From Gammaproteobacteria bacterium (GTDB taxonomy: Bacteria > Pseudomonadota > Gammaproteobacteria > UBA5335 > SLRW01): DNA of 64,000 nt. The stretch spans positions 70,147 to 134,146 of the forward strand of contig DASQZJ010000012.1 of assembly GCA_035638775.1 (NCBI GenBank). Reading direction: 5' to 3'. Below, one piece after another: positions 9,457 through 21,054 of the stretch (position 1 is the stretch's first letter; each line of letters begins with the position of its first letter). The notes beneath the pieces were generated by a model. That model worked only from the letters and a program-made list of their open reading frames with translations. It was not told the origin of the DNA and did no database searches. The position numbers and the translations under genes were made by a program.

Positions 9457-9553
9457 TAACCTGAGAACTTCCCCGTCCCCCTCGGATACCGCGGATGAAT
9501 GGTACGATGCCCGGCAACCACGACCCACCGAACCACGCGAAGGAGACACACGC

Positions 9554-10588
9554 ATGAGCGAGCGGAATCACGAGATCCGGCTGGCGGTACGGCCCCGCGG
9601 CTGGCCCGACCAGAGCAACTTCGAGTACGCCGAGGTGCCCGTGCCCGAGCCCGCCGACGGGGAGGTGCTGGTGCGCAACATCTACATGTCGGTCGACCCC
9701 TACATGCGTGGCCGCATGAACGACGTCAAGTCCTATGTGCCGCCGTTCCAGGTCGGCAAGCCGCTGGAGGGACACGCGATCGGGCAGGTCGTGCGCTCGC
9801 GCAGCAGCGAGCTTGCCGAGGGCGACCTGGTGAGCAGCATGTACGGATGGCGCGAGTACTTTGCGGCCCCGCCGAGCCCGGCGGGCGGCATGCCGCTGAT
9901 GAAGGTCGATCCCGACCTTGCCCCCCTGCCGGCCTATCTCGGGGTCCTGGGCATGCCGGGACTGACGGCCTACGCCGGCCTGCTGGAGATCGGCCAGCCA
10001 AGCACCGGCGAGACGGTGCTGGTGTCGGCGGCCTCGGGCGCCGTCGGCAGCGTGGTGGGCCAGATCGCCCGGATCAAGGGCTGCCGCGCCGTGGGCATGG
10101 CGGGCTCCGACGAGAAGGTGCATCACCTGACGGACGAGCTGGGCTTCGACGAGGCCTTCAACTACAAGACCGACGACCTCAACGGTGCCATTGCCCACGC
10201 CTGCCCCGACGGTGTGGACGTCTACTTCGAGAACGTCGGCGGCAGGATACTCGAGGCGGCGCTGATGCACATGCGCCCCTTCGGGCGGATTCCGGTATGC
10301 GGCATGATTTCCCTGTACAACCTGGAGAAGCTGGAGCCGGGCCCGGCCAGCATCATCCAGATCATTCCCAACCGGCTGCGGATGCAGGGCTTCATCGTCT
10401 CCGACCATTTCGACCTGATGCCCCGCTTCCAGCAGGACATGGCCGGATGGATTCGCGACGGCCGCATCAAGCACCGGGAGACCATCGAGGAGGGACTCGA
10501 GAACGCGCCGCGGGCCTTCCTCGACATGATGCACGGCAAGAATGTCGGCAAGATGGTGGTGCGCGTCTCCGACGATCCCACGGCCTGA
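9554..10588 (+). CDS. NADP-dependent MDR-family oxidoreductase (alkenal/one reductase, YncB/CurA-like)
   Basis: Start at ATG 9554, preceded by AAGGAG. Motifs VRNIYMSVDPYMRGRM and the Rossmann AASGAVGSVVGQIAR are present. The upstream part of track ORF 9209..10588 is rejected. Confidence 0.8.
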   Translation: MSERNHEIRLAVRPRGWPDQSNFEYAEVPVPEPADGEVLVRNIYMSVDPYMRGRMNDVKSYVPPFQVGKPLEGHAIGQVVRSRSSELAEGDLVSSMYGWREYFAAPPSPAGGMPLMKVDPDLAPLPAYLGVLGMPGLTAYAGLLEIGQPSTGETVLVSAASGAVGSVVGQIARIKGCRAVGMAGSDEKVHHLTDELGFDEAFNYKTDDLNGAIAHACPDGVDVYFENVGGRILEAALMHMRPFGRIPVCGMISLYNLEKLEPGPASIIQIIPNRLRMQGFIVSDHFDLMPRFQQDMAGWIRDGRIKHRETIEEGLENAPRAFLDMMHGKNVGKMVVRVSDDPTA

Positions 10589-10594
10589 GCTCGC

Positions 10595-10618
10595 GGGGCG
10601 CGGCAGCCGCCGCGCCCC
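10595..10618. terminator. Perfect 10-bp GC hairpin between convergent genes (candidate bidirectional terminator)
   Basis: GGGGCGCGGC-AGCC-GCCGCGCCCC lies between the oxidoreductase stop (10588) and the DUF2007 stop (10630). There is no U-tract. Confidence 0.45.
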
Positions 10619-10629
10619 CGACCTGCCGG

Positions 10630-10947
10630 CTACGGCTGTTCGGTCCGTCCCGCCCCGCAATTCCAGCAGATGTCGAACTCCGGGCCCACCTGCTCGCCGC
10701 AGCGGGCGCACCGCCAGGATGGTGCGTCGGAACGGGCGGGCTGCAGCACCTCGGCGATCATCTCCCGGGCGAGCCGGTACTGGCGCGCGTCCTCCAGCCA
10801 CAGCACCGGGCGGGTATCGGCCGGCAACTGCCCCACCCCGCCCTGCAGATACACGCCCTGGACGTGCACGCGTATGCCGCGTGCCGCCAGGTAATCCCGG
10901 CACATCTGCGCTTCCAGCAGCCCCTGGGCCTCGTACAGCGGGATCAT
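10630..10947 (-). CDS. DUF2007-like small protein with C-terminal zinc ribbon
   Basis: Only the last 105 codons of track ORF 10630..11523 are taken (MIPLYEAQGLLEAQMCRDYLAARGIRVHVQG...). The C-terminus has CARCGEQVGPEFDICWNCG. ATG is at 10947. Confidence 0.6.
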   Translation of the reverse strand: MIPLYEAQGLLEAQMCRDYLAARGIRVHVQGVYLQGGVGQLPADTRPVLWLEDARQYRLAREMIAEVLQPARSDAPSWRCARCGEQVGPEFDICWNCGAGRTEQP

Positions 10948-11021
10948 GCCTCCCCCTCGTCGGGTCTCCTCCAGCATAGCGGGTCCGGGTGGCCGCAACG
11001 AGGCACCGCCTGCGCCCGCGC

Positions 11022-13624
<2,603 letters not shown>

Positions 13625-13660
13625 GGCCCGTCTCCACCGCGCCCCGTACGGGGTGCATGC

Positions 13661-14326
13661 TCAGCCTCCGACCACCTCGACCCCGGGCGGCGCCTCGAGC
13701 TGGAAGCGTGAACCCTTGATCGGCTGGTTCACCCGCACGTCGCTGAAGCGGATGCGGGTGGTCTCGTCGAAGGTGTCATGCAGCTCCATCACAGCCAGCC
13801 GGCCGTCCCTGAATCCCAGGCGCACGCTCTTGAAATCGGTATCGTGGGTCCTGGGCTTGAGTTCCACCCAGCGGGTCTTGCCCACCTTTCCGAGGTCCTT
13901 GATGTGAAACCGCTTGTCCAGCGCCGTACCCCCGGCAAGCAGCATCGCGGGCGTGCTGGTGAGCGCCTTGCTCACCGGCCGCACCGTGATCTGCGACAGG
14001 TCCACATCGTAGAGCTTCACGGTCTTGCCGTCGCTGACGATCAGGCGCTTGTGGGGCGCGTCGTAGCGCCAGCGAAAGCTGCCGGGGCGCTGGATCCAGA
14101 CCTCTCCCCGGGCACGCTGCTTCACCTGCATGTTGCTGTCGAGCAACACCTGGCTGAAGCGGGCATGCAGCGTATGCACGCTGTGGTAGAAGTGCTCGAG
14201 CTCCTTGAGCGCCGTGGCGCCGTGCGAGGCGGCGGACGCGGCCGGCGCGAACAGTGCCGCTGTCAGGCACAGGACCAGCAGCCGCGCCAGGGGGCGCGGC
14301 CGGAACGTGGCGGGGAATCCGGTCAT
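13661..14326 (-). CDS. lolA: Outer-membrane lipoprotein carrier protein
   Basis: It has a signal peptide ([17 protein letters not shown]) and a LolA-family body ([19 protein letters not shown]). Its position is between ftsK and rarA. Confidence 0.9.
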   Translation of the reverse strand: MTGFPATFRPRPLARLLVLCLTAALFAPAASAASHGATALKELEHFYHSVHTLHARFSQVLLDSNMQVKQRARGEVWIQRPGSFRWRYDAPHKRLIVSDGKTVKLYDVDLSQITVRPVSKALTSTPAMLLAGGTALDKRFHIKDLGKVGKTRWVELKPRTHDTDFKSVRLGFRDGRLAVMELHDTFDETTRIRFSDVRVNQPIKGSRFQLEAPPGVEVVGG

Positions 14327-16647
14327 TCGGTCATATCGTCCTTCGGTGGGGGCGCCGCCAGCACTTCGCGCGAGCCGTTGCCCTGCAACGGGCCCACGAT
14401 GCCGGCACTCTCCATCTGCTCCACCAGGCGCGCGGCGCGATTGTAGCCGATGCGCAGGCGGCGCTGGACGCCCGAGATGGAAGCCTTGCGCGTCTCGGTC
14501 ACGACCCGGACGGCCTGGTCGTACAGCGGGTCCTGCTCCGCGTCGCCGGCGTCGCCCCCGCCGCCCGGGAGCAGGGCCGACTCCTCGGGTCCCGAAAGAA
14601 CCTCGTCGAGATACTGCGGAGAGGCGCCCTTCTTCAGGTGGGACACCACCGCGTGCACCTCGTGGTCGCCCACGAACGCGCCGTGCACGCGGGTTGGCGA
14701 GCCCGTGCCGGGCGGCAGGTAAAGCATGTCGCCGTGGCCCAGCAGCTGCTCCGCTCCCATCTGGTCAAGGATGGTGCGCGAATCCACGCGCGAGGAGACC
14801 TGAAACGCGATCCGTGTCGGGATGTTGGCCTTGATCAGCCCGGTGATGACGTCGACCGAGGGCCGCTGCGTCGCCAGGATCAGGTGAATCCCGGATGCGC
14901 GCGCCTTCTGCGCCAGGCGGGCGATGAGTTCCTCGACCTTCTTGCCGACCACCATCATCAGGTCCGCGAGCTCGTCCACCACCACCACGATATACGGCAG
15001 CGGCTCGAGGGTTGCCGGTTGCGCCGCGTCGTCGAGATCGCCCTGGGCCTTGTCGTGCAGCGGATCCGCGATCGGCTCGCCGCGCTCGGCGGCTTCCTTC
15101 ACCTTGCGGTTGAAACCGGCCAGGTTGCGCACCCCCACCGACGCCATCAGGCGGTAGCGCCGCTCCATCTCGGCCACGCACCAGCGCAGCGCGTTGCCGG
15201 CCTCCTTCATGTCCGTCACCACCGGTGCCAGCAGGTGCTGGATGCCGTCATACACGGACAGCTCCAGCATCTTGGGATCGATCAGGATCAGCCGCACCTG
15301 TTCCGGACGGCTCTTGTAGAGCAGGCTGAGCAGCATCGCGTTGATCGCCACCGACTTGCCCGAGCCGGTGGTGCCGGCCACCAGCAGGTGCGGCATGCGG
15401 GCCAGGTCGGCCACCACCGGGTAGCCGCTGATGTCCTTGCCCAGCGCCAGGGTCAGGAACGCGGAGGACTTGTCGTACTCGCGCGAGCGCAGGATCTCGC
15501 TGAGGCAGACGAGCTCCCTCTGTTCGTTGGGGATCTCCAGACCCACCACCGACTTGCCGGGGATGACCTCGACCACCCGAACGCTCACCGCCGACAGCGC
15601 CCGCGCCAGATCCTTCGACAGGTTTGAGATCTGGCTGACCTTGACCCCGGCGGCGGGCTGGAGCTCGAAGCGCGTCACGACCGGCCCGGGGTGCACCGCA
15701 ACGACCTCCACCTCCACCCCGAAATCCCGGAGCTTGAGCTCGACCTGGCGCGAGATCGCCTCCAGGGCCTCCTGGGAATAGGGCTTGCGGCTCTCCGGCG
15801 GCGAATCCAGCAGCGACAGCGGCGGCGGTTCACCCGGTACCACGGGTCCTTCGAACAGCTTCCCCTGGCGCTCCTTCTGGGCCCGTTCGCTGGGCTCGAC
15901 CGTTGCCACCTTGGGCTCGATACGCGGCTTTGCGCGCCGGCGGGCGCGGGACTGCTCGCGCTCGACGGTCTCGCGCCGCGCGCGGCGCGCCCGCCGATAC
16001 CGGATCACCTCCCACGACGCGTGCCAGCGCCCGTGCAGGAAAGCCAGCAGGCCGAGCGTTATCCTCCCGGTCAGATCCATCAGGCGCAGCCAGGAAAGGC
16101 TGCTGAACAGGGTCACGCCGGTGAGAAACAGCGCCAGCATAAACAGCGTGGCGCCGACGAAACTGAACACCGCCACCAGGCCGTTGCCCACCGCGTCGCC
16201 CAGGATGCCCCCCGGGCCGAGCGGCAGCGGCATCATCCCGGTGCGCACGTGCAGCGCCGCCAGGGCGCTGCCCATCGTCAGGGTCAGCACGAAGCCCAGT
16301 GCCCGCAGGCCGGTGGTGGCGAGCGCCCCCCGGTCCGGCTCACGCAGGCCGCGAAAGGCGAGCCATCCGCACCAGCCCACCATCAGCGGGAACAGGTAGG
16401 CCATGTAGCCGAACAGGGACAGCAGCACGTCGGACAGGTACGCTCCCGCCAGGCCGCCGCGGTTGGCGATCCCCCGCCCCAGTCCGGTATGCGACCAGCC
16501 CGGATCCGCGGGACTGAAGCTGACCAGTGCCACCACCAGGTACACCGCCGCGGTCACCAGGACGATCAGCGCTCCCTCCCGCAGGCCGCGCGCCAGCGGC
16601 GGCACCCGCAGTGAGGTTCGATCCTTGTCCGGCGTCGCGTCCGCCAC
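14323..16647 (-). CDS. ftsK: DNA translocase FtsK
   Basis: GTG start at 16647. It has N-terminal TM helices, Walker [16 protein letters not shown] and a C-terminal gamma wHTH ([22 protein letters not shown]). It overlaps lolA by 4 nt. Confidence 0.95.
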   Translation of the reverse strand: MADATPDKDRTSLRVPPLARGLREGALIVLVTAAVYLVVALVSFSPADPGWSHTGLGRGIANRGGLAGAYLSDVLLSLFGYMAYLFPLMVGWCGWLAFRGLREPDRGALATTGLRALGFVLTLTMGSALAALHVRTGMMPLPLGPGGILGDAVGNGLVAVFSFVGATLFMLALFLTGVTLFSSLSWLRLMDLTGRITLGLLAFLHGRWHASWEVIRYRRARRARRETVEREQSRARRRAKPRIEPKVATVEPSERAQKERQGKLFEGPVVPGEPPPLSLLDSPPESRKPYSQEALEAISRQVELKLRDFGVEVEVVAVHPGPVVTRFELQPAAGVKVSQISNLSKDLARALSAVSVRVVEVIPGKSVVGLEIPNEQRELVCLSEILRSREYDKSSAFLTLALGKDISGYPVVADLARMPHLLVAGTTGSGKSVAINAMLLSLLYKSRPEQVRLILIDPKMLELSVYDGIQHLLAPVVTDMKEAGNALRWCVAEMERRYRLMASVGVRNLAGFNRKVKEAAERGEPIADPLHDKAQGDLDDAAQPATLEPLPYIVVVVDELADLMMVVGKKVEELIARLAQKARASGIHLILATQRPSVDVITGLIKANIPTRIAFQVSSRVDSRTILDQMGAEQLLGHGDMLYLPPGTGSPTRVHGAFVGDHEVHAVVSHLKKGASPQYLDEVLSGPEESALLPGGGGDAGDAEQDPLYDQAVRVVTETRKASISGVQRRLRIGYNRAARLVEQMESAGIVGPLQGNGSREVLAAPPPKDDMTE

Positions 16648-16709
16648 TATGCTAAGCCCGTTTGTAAGAAGTGCACTGTAAGTAGCTATTTGATCATATT
16701 TTTGTTGGA
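16648..16709 (-). promoter_or_regulatory. AT-rich ald-ftsK spacer, the likely ftsK promoter/leader
   Basis: By my hand count 22 of 62 nt are G+C, which contrasts strongly with the flanks. It contains two GATC sites and a TGATCA palindrome. I could not assign clear -35/-10 boxes. Confidence 0.35.
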
Positions 16710-17765
16710 TCAGCCACGCAGCGTTTCCAGCACCGCCCGGCCGTCCCGGACGTTGACCGCCCCGGCCAGCGCGGGATCGGATTCCCAGTCGCCCGCCGCC
16801 AGTCGTTCGACATAGGGTGTGAGAACCGCCGACAGCGCCTGGGACGCCGTTCGCGGTACCGCCCCGGGCATGTTGGTGACGGTGAAATGGATCACGTCGT
16901 CGACCACGTAGGTGGGCTCGTCGTAGGTGGTCGGACGCGTGGTCTCGACGCAGCCGCCCTGGTCCACCGACACGTCCACGATCACGCTGCCCGAGGGCAT
17001 GCTGCGGACCATGGCGGCGTCGACCACGCGCGGTGCCCGGGCGCCGGGCACCAGCACGGCCCCGATCACGATATCCGCGCCTGCCACTGCCTCGCGGACG
17101 GCGTCCGCGTACGGGAACAGCGCGGTCACGCCGGTTCCGAGGGGATGCACGCTGGCGAGGCGTTCGCGGTCGAGATCAAACGCAATCACCTCGCTGCCCG
17201 TATCGACCGCCAACTGCGCTGCAGCCATGCCGGCCGAGCCGCAGCCGAGCACCACCACGCGGCCCCTCGGCGCCCCGGTGATGCCTCCGAGCAGCAGGCC
17301 GCGCCCCCCCTGGGGGCGGTGCAGCAGATGAGCCCCGATCTGCACCGACAGGCGCCCGGCGATCTCGCTCATCGGCGCGAGCAGCGGCAGCCCGCCGTTC
17401 TTTTCCACCGTCTCGAACGCGACCGCGGTCAGGCCGATCCGGCAGAGAGCATCCTTCAGCTCCGGCAGCGCGGCCAGGTGCAGGAAGCAGAAAAGCAGAT
17501 GATCCGGGCGCAGCAGCTCGAGCTCCCGGCCCACCGGCTCCTTCACCTTCACGACCAGGCGCGCCGCCTCGTAGAGTCCGGCCGGATCGTCGGCGAAGCG
17601 GGCTCCGGCCGCCGCGTAGGCATCGTCCGGGTAGCCGCTGGCCCTTCCGGCGCCGCGCTCGACCCACACCTCGTGCCCGAGCGCCACCAGGTGGGCACAC
17701 GCCTCCGGTACCAGTGCAACACGTCCTTCCAGCGGCTTTCGTTCCCGCGGCACGCCTATGCGCAT
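16710..17765 (-). CDS. ald: Alanine dehydrogenase
   Basis: Start moved to ATG 17765 ([21 protein letters not shown]). Motifs [39 protein letters not shown] and the NAD fold [17 protein letters not shown] are present. Confidence 0.85.
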   Translation of the reverse strand: MRIGVPRERKPLEGRVALVPEACAHLVALGHEVWVERGAGRASGYPDDAYAAAGARFADDPAGLYEAARLVVKVKEPVGRELELLRPDHLLFCFLHLAALPELKDALCRIGLTAVAFETVEKNGGLPLLAPMSEIAGRLSVQIGAHLLHRPQGGRGLLLGGITGAPRGRVVVLGCGSAGMAAAQLAVDTGSEVIAFDLDRERLASVHPLGTGVTALFPYADAVREAVAGADIVIGAVLVPGARAPRVVDAAMVRSMPSGSVIVDVSVDQGGCVETTRPTTYDEPTYVVDDVIHFTVTNMPGAVPRTASQALSAVLTPYVERLAAGDWESDPALAGAVNVRDGRAVLETLRG

Positions 17766-18023
17766 CAAGCCCCCGCTTGCAGCCTTCGCGAATGGTCGCC
17801 CCAGTATACATGAGGCACCCGCACCCGGAGCCGTTGGACAGCCGCGGCCGCCGTCGGTTTCCCCCGGCGCGCGCCCGCTGATCCCTCGGCCGAGCCGGCG
17901 AGCTGCGGGAGGGGCAGCGCCGCGGCGGTGCACCGCGGAGGGGCGACAGCGCGCGGAGCGGTCGACGGGCGCGCCGGCCGGGACGTGGCCTTACCCCGGA
18001 CCGGCTTAGTAGAATGGCCCGTC

Positions 18024-19205
18024 ATGCAGACCGAGATCTGCTCCAGCCTGGCGGAACTGTCGGCGGCCGAGTGGAACCGCCTCAACCCCGACGGTTACCC
18101 CTTCACCCGGTACGAGTTCCTGGTCGCGCTGGAACGCCACGGCTGCGTGGGGCGCGGAACCGGGTGGCACCCCCGGCACCTGCTGCTGCGCGACCGCCAG
18201 CATCGGCTCGTGGGCGCCCTGCCGCTGTACCTCAAGGATCACTCGATGGGGGAGTTCGTGTTCGACTGGGCCTGGGCCGACGCGTACGAGCGCCACGGGC
18301 TGGCCTACTATCCCCGCCTGGTCGCTGCCGTCCCCTTCACCCCCGTCACCGGACCGAGACTGCTCACACCCGGAGCCGAGGCCCTGCGCAGCAGCGCTAC
18401 GGACCCGGCACAGGTGCGCCGGACCCTGGCCGATGCGGCGGTGGAATACGCCCGCGAGCTCGGGGTCTCTTCCCTGCACTGCCTGTTTCCGGGCGAGGAC
18501 GACCGTGACAGCCTCGCCCGGCAGGGCCTGCTGCTGCGCAAGGCCTGCCAGTTCCACTGGCACAACCACGGCTACGCCGAATTCGATGACCTGCTCGGCG
18601 CGTTCAGCTCCGCCAAGCGCAAGAAGATCCGCCGGGAAAGGCGCCGCGTGAGCGAAGCCGGGATCCGCATGGAGCGCGTGCGGGGCGACCGGCTCGATCC
18701 GGCCTTGTGGCCGGCGATCCACCGCTTGTACGCGAGCACCTACCACATGCGTGGCCGTCTGCCCTACCTCGGTCGCCCGTTCTTCGAGGAGATCAGCCGC
18801 ACCATGGGCGAGCAGCTGGTTCTTGTCCTGGCGTGGACCCGGGGAAATCTCCCGGTCGCGGCGGCCATCACGCTGCGCGATGATGCGGCGCTGTACGGGC
18901 GCCACTGGGGCGCGGACGCGGACTACCACAGCCTGCACTTCGAGGCCTGCTACTACCAGGGGCTGGAATACTGCATCGAGGCGGGCCTCGCGCGCTTCGA
19001 TCCGGGCACCCAGGGCGAGCACAAGGTGAGCCGCGGATTCCTGCCGGTCGCCACCTGGTCGGCGCACTGGATCGCGGACCCGCGTTTCCGGGACGCGATC
19101 GCGGATTTCGTGCAGCGCGAGGTCCGCTACGTGGACGGCTACATCGAGGAGATGCGGACCCATTCGCCCTACCGGTCGGGTGATGCGGCCGGGGCAGCCT
19201 CATGA
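18024..19205 (+). CDS. DUF482 / FemAB-like GNAT-fold protein (function unknown)
   Basis: Start at ATG 18024 (MQTEICSSLAELSAAEWNRLNP). It carries the family hallmark GRHWGADADYHSLHFEACYYQGLEYCIEAGLARFDPGTQGEHKVSRGF. Its stop overlaps the aat ATG (ATGA at 19202-19205). Confidence 0.75.
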   Translation: MQTEICSSLAELSAAEWNRLNPDGYPFTRYEFLVALERHGCVGRGTGWHPRHLLLRDRQHRLVGALPLYLKDHSMGEFVFDWAWADAYERHGLAYYPRLVAAVPFTPVTGPRLLTPGAEALRSSATDPAQVRRTLADAAVEYARELGVSSLHCLFPGEDDRDSLARQGLLLRKACQFHWHNHGYAEFDDLLGAFSSAKRKKIRRERRRVSEAGIRMERVRGDRLDPALWPAIHRLYASTYHMRGRLPYLGRPFFEEISRTMGEQLVLVLAWTRGNLPVAAAITLRDDAALYGRHWGADADYHSLHFEACYYQGLEYCIEAGLARFDPGTQGEHKVSRGFLPVATWSAHWIADPRFRDAIADFVQREVRYVDGYIEEMRTHSPYRSGDAAGAAS

Positions 19206-19921
19206 GCGGCATCGCCTGGATCGATGCCAGGGCTCCTGCATGCGCCTTCCCCGACCCCTCGCGGGCCCTGCGCCATCCCAACGGGCTGCTGGCCGCGGGC
19301 GGCGACCTCGGGCCCGAACGGCTGATCGCGGCCTACAAGCGCGGCATCTTCCCATGGTACAGCGCGGGTGAGCCGATCCTCTGGTGGTCGCCCGACCCGC
19401 GCACGGTATTCCTCCCCGGCGGCGTGCACGTTTCGCGGCGCCTCGCGCGCCGGCTTCGCCGCGGCGAATTCGGGGTTACCCTGGATCGGGATTTCGCCGC
19501 GGTGGTACGCGGCTGTGCCGAACCGAGGCGCGACCACGAGGGCACCTGGCTGACCCCGGAGATGCAGCAGGCCTACTGCCGGCTGCACGCCCTGGGAGTC
19601 GCCCACTCGGTCGAGGTGTGGGCCGGCGACGAGCTGGCCGGCGGGCTGTACGGCGTGGCCCTCGGCCGGGTCTTCTTCGGCGAATCCATGTTCCGCCGGC
19701 GCAGCGACGCATCCAAGGTGGCCCTGGCGGTGCTTTCCCGCCAGCTTCGGCTGTGGAACTTCCTGGTCTTCGACTGCCAGGTCGGCTCGCCCCACCTGTA
19801 TCGCATGGGTGCCGTGGACATCCCCCGCCAGCGGTTTCTGGAGCTGGTCCAGCGCGGCACGCTGGGCGACCGGCCGGCCCCGGGACCCTGGCGTCTCGAC
19901 GATCAGGCGGGTGCCTCGTGA
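19202..19921 (+). CDS. aat: Leucyl/phenylalanyl-tRNA--protein transferase
   Basis: Motifs RGIFPWYSAGEPILWWSPDPR and GGLYGVALGRVFFGESMF are present. The gene sits next to bpt, infA, clpA and clpS. Confidence 0.92.
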   Translation: MSGIAWIDARAPACAFPDPSRALRHPNGLLAAGGDLGPERLIAAYKRGIFPWYSAGEPILWWSPDPRTVFLPGGVHVSRRLARRLRRGEFGVTLDRDFAAVVRGCAEPRRDHEGTWLTPEMQQAYCRLHALGVAHSVEVWAGDELAGGLYGVALGRVFFGESMFRRRSDASKVALAVLSRQLRLWNFLVFDCQVGSPHLYRMGAVDIPRQRFLELVQRGTLGDRPAPGPWRLDDQAGAS

Positions 19922-20685
19922 CGCGCAACCGCGGGACTGGCCACGATCCCGTCGGGCCACGGTCCCTGCGGGTGATCCGGGGTCCCGAGCACCCCTGCGG
20001 CTATCTGCCCGGCCGGGTCGCGCGCAATGTCTATTTCGACCCGCGCGAGTATCCCGATCGGGAACTGCACGCCCGGCTCAGCGCACGGGGATTCCGCCGC
20101 AGCGGACCGTACCTCTACCGGCCCCACTGCGACGGCTGCCGTGCCTGCGTCCCGAGCCGCATCCCCGTCGCCGAGTTCCGCCCGGACCGCTCCCAGAGGC
20201 GTACCTGGCGGCGCAACCGGGACCTCCGCGTCGGCGTCGTCGCGCCGGTGTTCCGGGAAGAGCACTACCGCCTCTACGCCGCGTACACGGCCGCCCGCCA
20301 TCCGGGCGGCGGCATGGACGGGAGCTCCCGCGAGCAGTACCGGTTCTTCATCCACAGCGACTGGAGCGACACCGCCCTGTGGGAGTTCCGCCGGGACCGG
20401 CAGCTGCTCGCGGTGGCGGTGGTGGACGCCATGGCCGACGGCCTCTCCGCGATGTACACCTTCTTCGATCCGCGGCAGCGGCGCCGCGGGCTCGGCATCT
20501 ACGCCATCCTCTGCCAGATCGAGGAAGCCCGGCGCCGCGGCCTGCCGTGGCTCTACCTGGGCTTCTGGATCGCGGGCCACGCCAAGATGGACTACAAGGT
20601 GGACTTCCGTCCCGTGGAGCTGCGCACGGACCAGGGCTGGGTGCGGTACCATCGCGGCGAGGGGCCGCCCGCGCGCGGCAGTTGA
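19918..20685 (+). CDS. bpt: Aspartate/glutamate leucyltransferase (bacterial arginyltransferase homologue)
   Basis: Motifs PEHPCGYLPGRVARNVYFDP, GFRRSGPYLYRPHCDGCRACVPSRI and SAMYTFFDP are present. The start is taken as GTG 19918, which overlaps the aat stop (GTGA). The start codon is less certain than the gene call. Confidence 0.85.
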   Translation: MTRNRGTGHDPVGPRSLRVIRGPEHPCGYLPGRVARNVYFDPREYPDRELHARLSARGFRRSGPYLYRPHCDGCRACVPSRIPVAEFRPDRSQRRTWRRNRDLRVGVVAPVFREEHYRLYAAYTAARHPGGGMDGSSREQYRFFIHSDWSDTALWEFRRDRQLLAVAVVDAMADGLSAMYTFFDPRQRRRGLGIYAILCQIEEARRRGLPWLYLGFWIAGHAKMDYKVDFRPVELRTDQGWVRYHRGEGPPARGS

Positions 20686-20772
20686 AGGGGTCGGGGGCTT
20701 GAGGCAAAATCCGCATCCTCAGCCGGTCCGCCGCGACGGACCACCGAACCGCGTCTGACACCGAGGAGTCGA

Positions 20773-20991
20773 ATGGCGAAAGAGGACCTGATCGAGATGC
20801 AGGGGCGGGTCGTCGAAACCCTCCCCAACACGACCTTCCGCGTCGAGCTGGAGAACGGGCATGTCGTCACCGCCCACATTTCCGGCAAGATGCGCAAGCA
20901 CTATATCCGCATCCTCACCGGTGACAAGGTCACCGTCCAGCTCACCCCTTACGACCTCAGCAAGGGACGCATCGTCTACCGTGGCCGCTAG
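20773..20991 (+). CDS. infA: Translation initiation factor IF-1
   Basis: The 72-aa product [72 protein letters not shown] is preceded by GAGGAG. Confidence 0.98.
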   Translation: MAKEDLIEMQGRVVETLPNTTFRVELENGHVVTAHISGKMRKHYIRILTGDKVTVQLTPYDLSKGRIVYRGR

Positions 20992-20993
20992 CA

Positions 20994-21030
20994 CGGTCGG
21001 TGTGGCGGACGCTTCCCGCCGCACCGACCG
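20994..21030. terminator. 15-bp stem hairpin between convergent infA and clpA
   Basis: CGGTCGGTGTGGCGG-ACGCTTC-CCGCCGCACCGACCG, with one G-U pair. It fills most of the 63-nt spacer. Confidence 0.5.
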
Positions 21031-21054
21031 GGGCCGCGGGCATCGCCCGCCGCT

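Noticed and set aside
9209-9553. N-terminal extensions offered by the ORF track. Examples are 9209 for the oxidoreductase, 17928 for DUF482, 4677 for cysG, 5420 for cysH, 23376 for clpA, 43525 for msbA and 62220 for rlmD.
   Set aside because: The extensions are Arg/Pro-rich, overlap the upstream gene or lack an RBS. The conserved family N-termini begin at the internal ATGs, which I verified in the sequence.
16648-16709. A LexA (SOS) box upstream of ftsK.
   Set aside because: I found no CTGT-N8-ACAG match on either strand of the AT-rich spacer. The region is kept only as a generic regulatory region.
20992-21054. A possible tRNA between infA and clpA. E. coli carries serW at this position.
   Set aside because: The spacer is only 63 nt and is almost fully occupied by a single 15-bp hairpin. 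No cloverleaf or T-loop/anticodon features are present.
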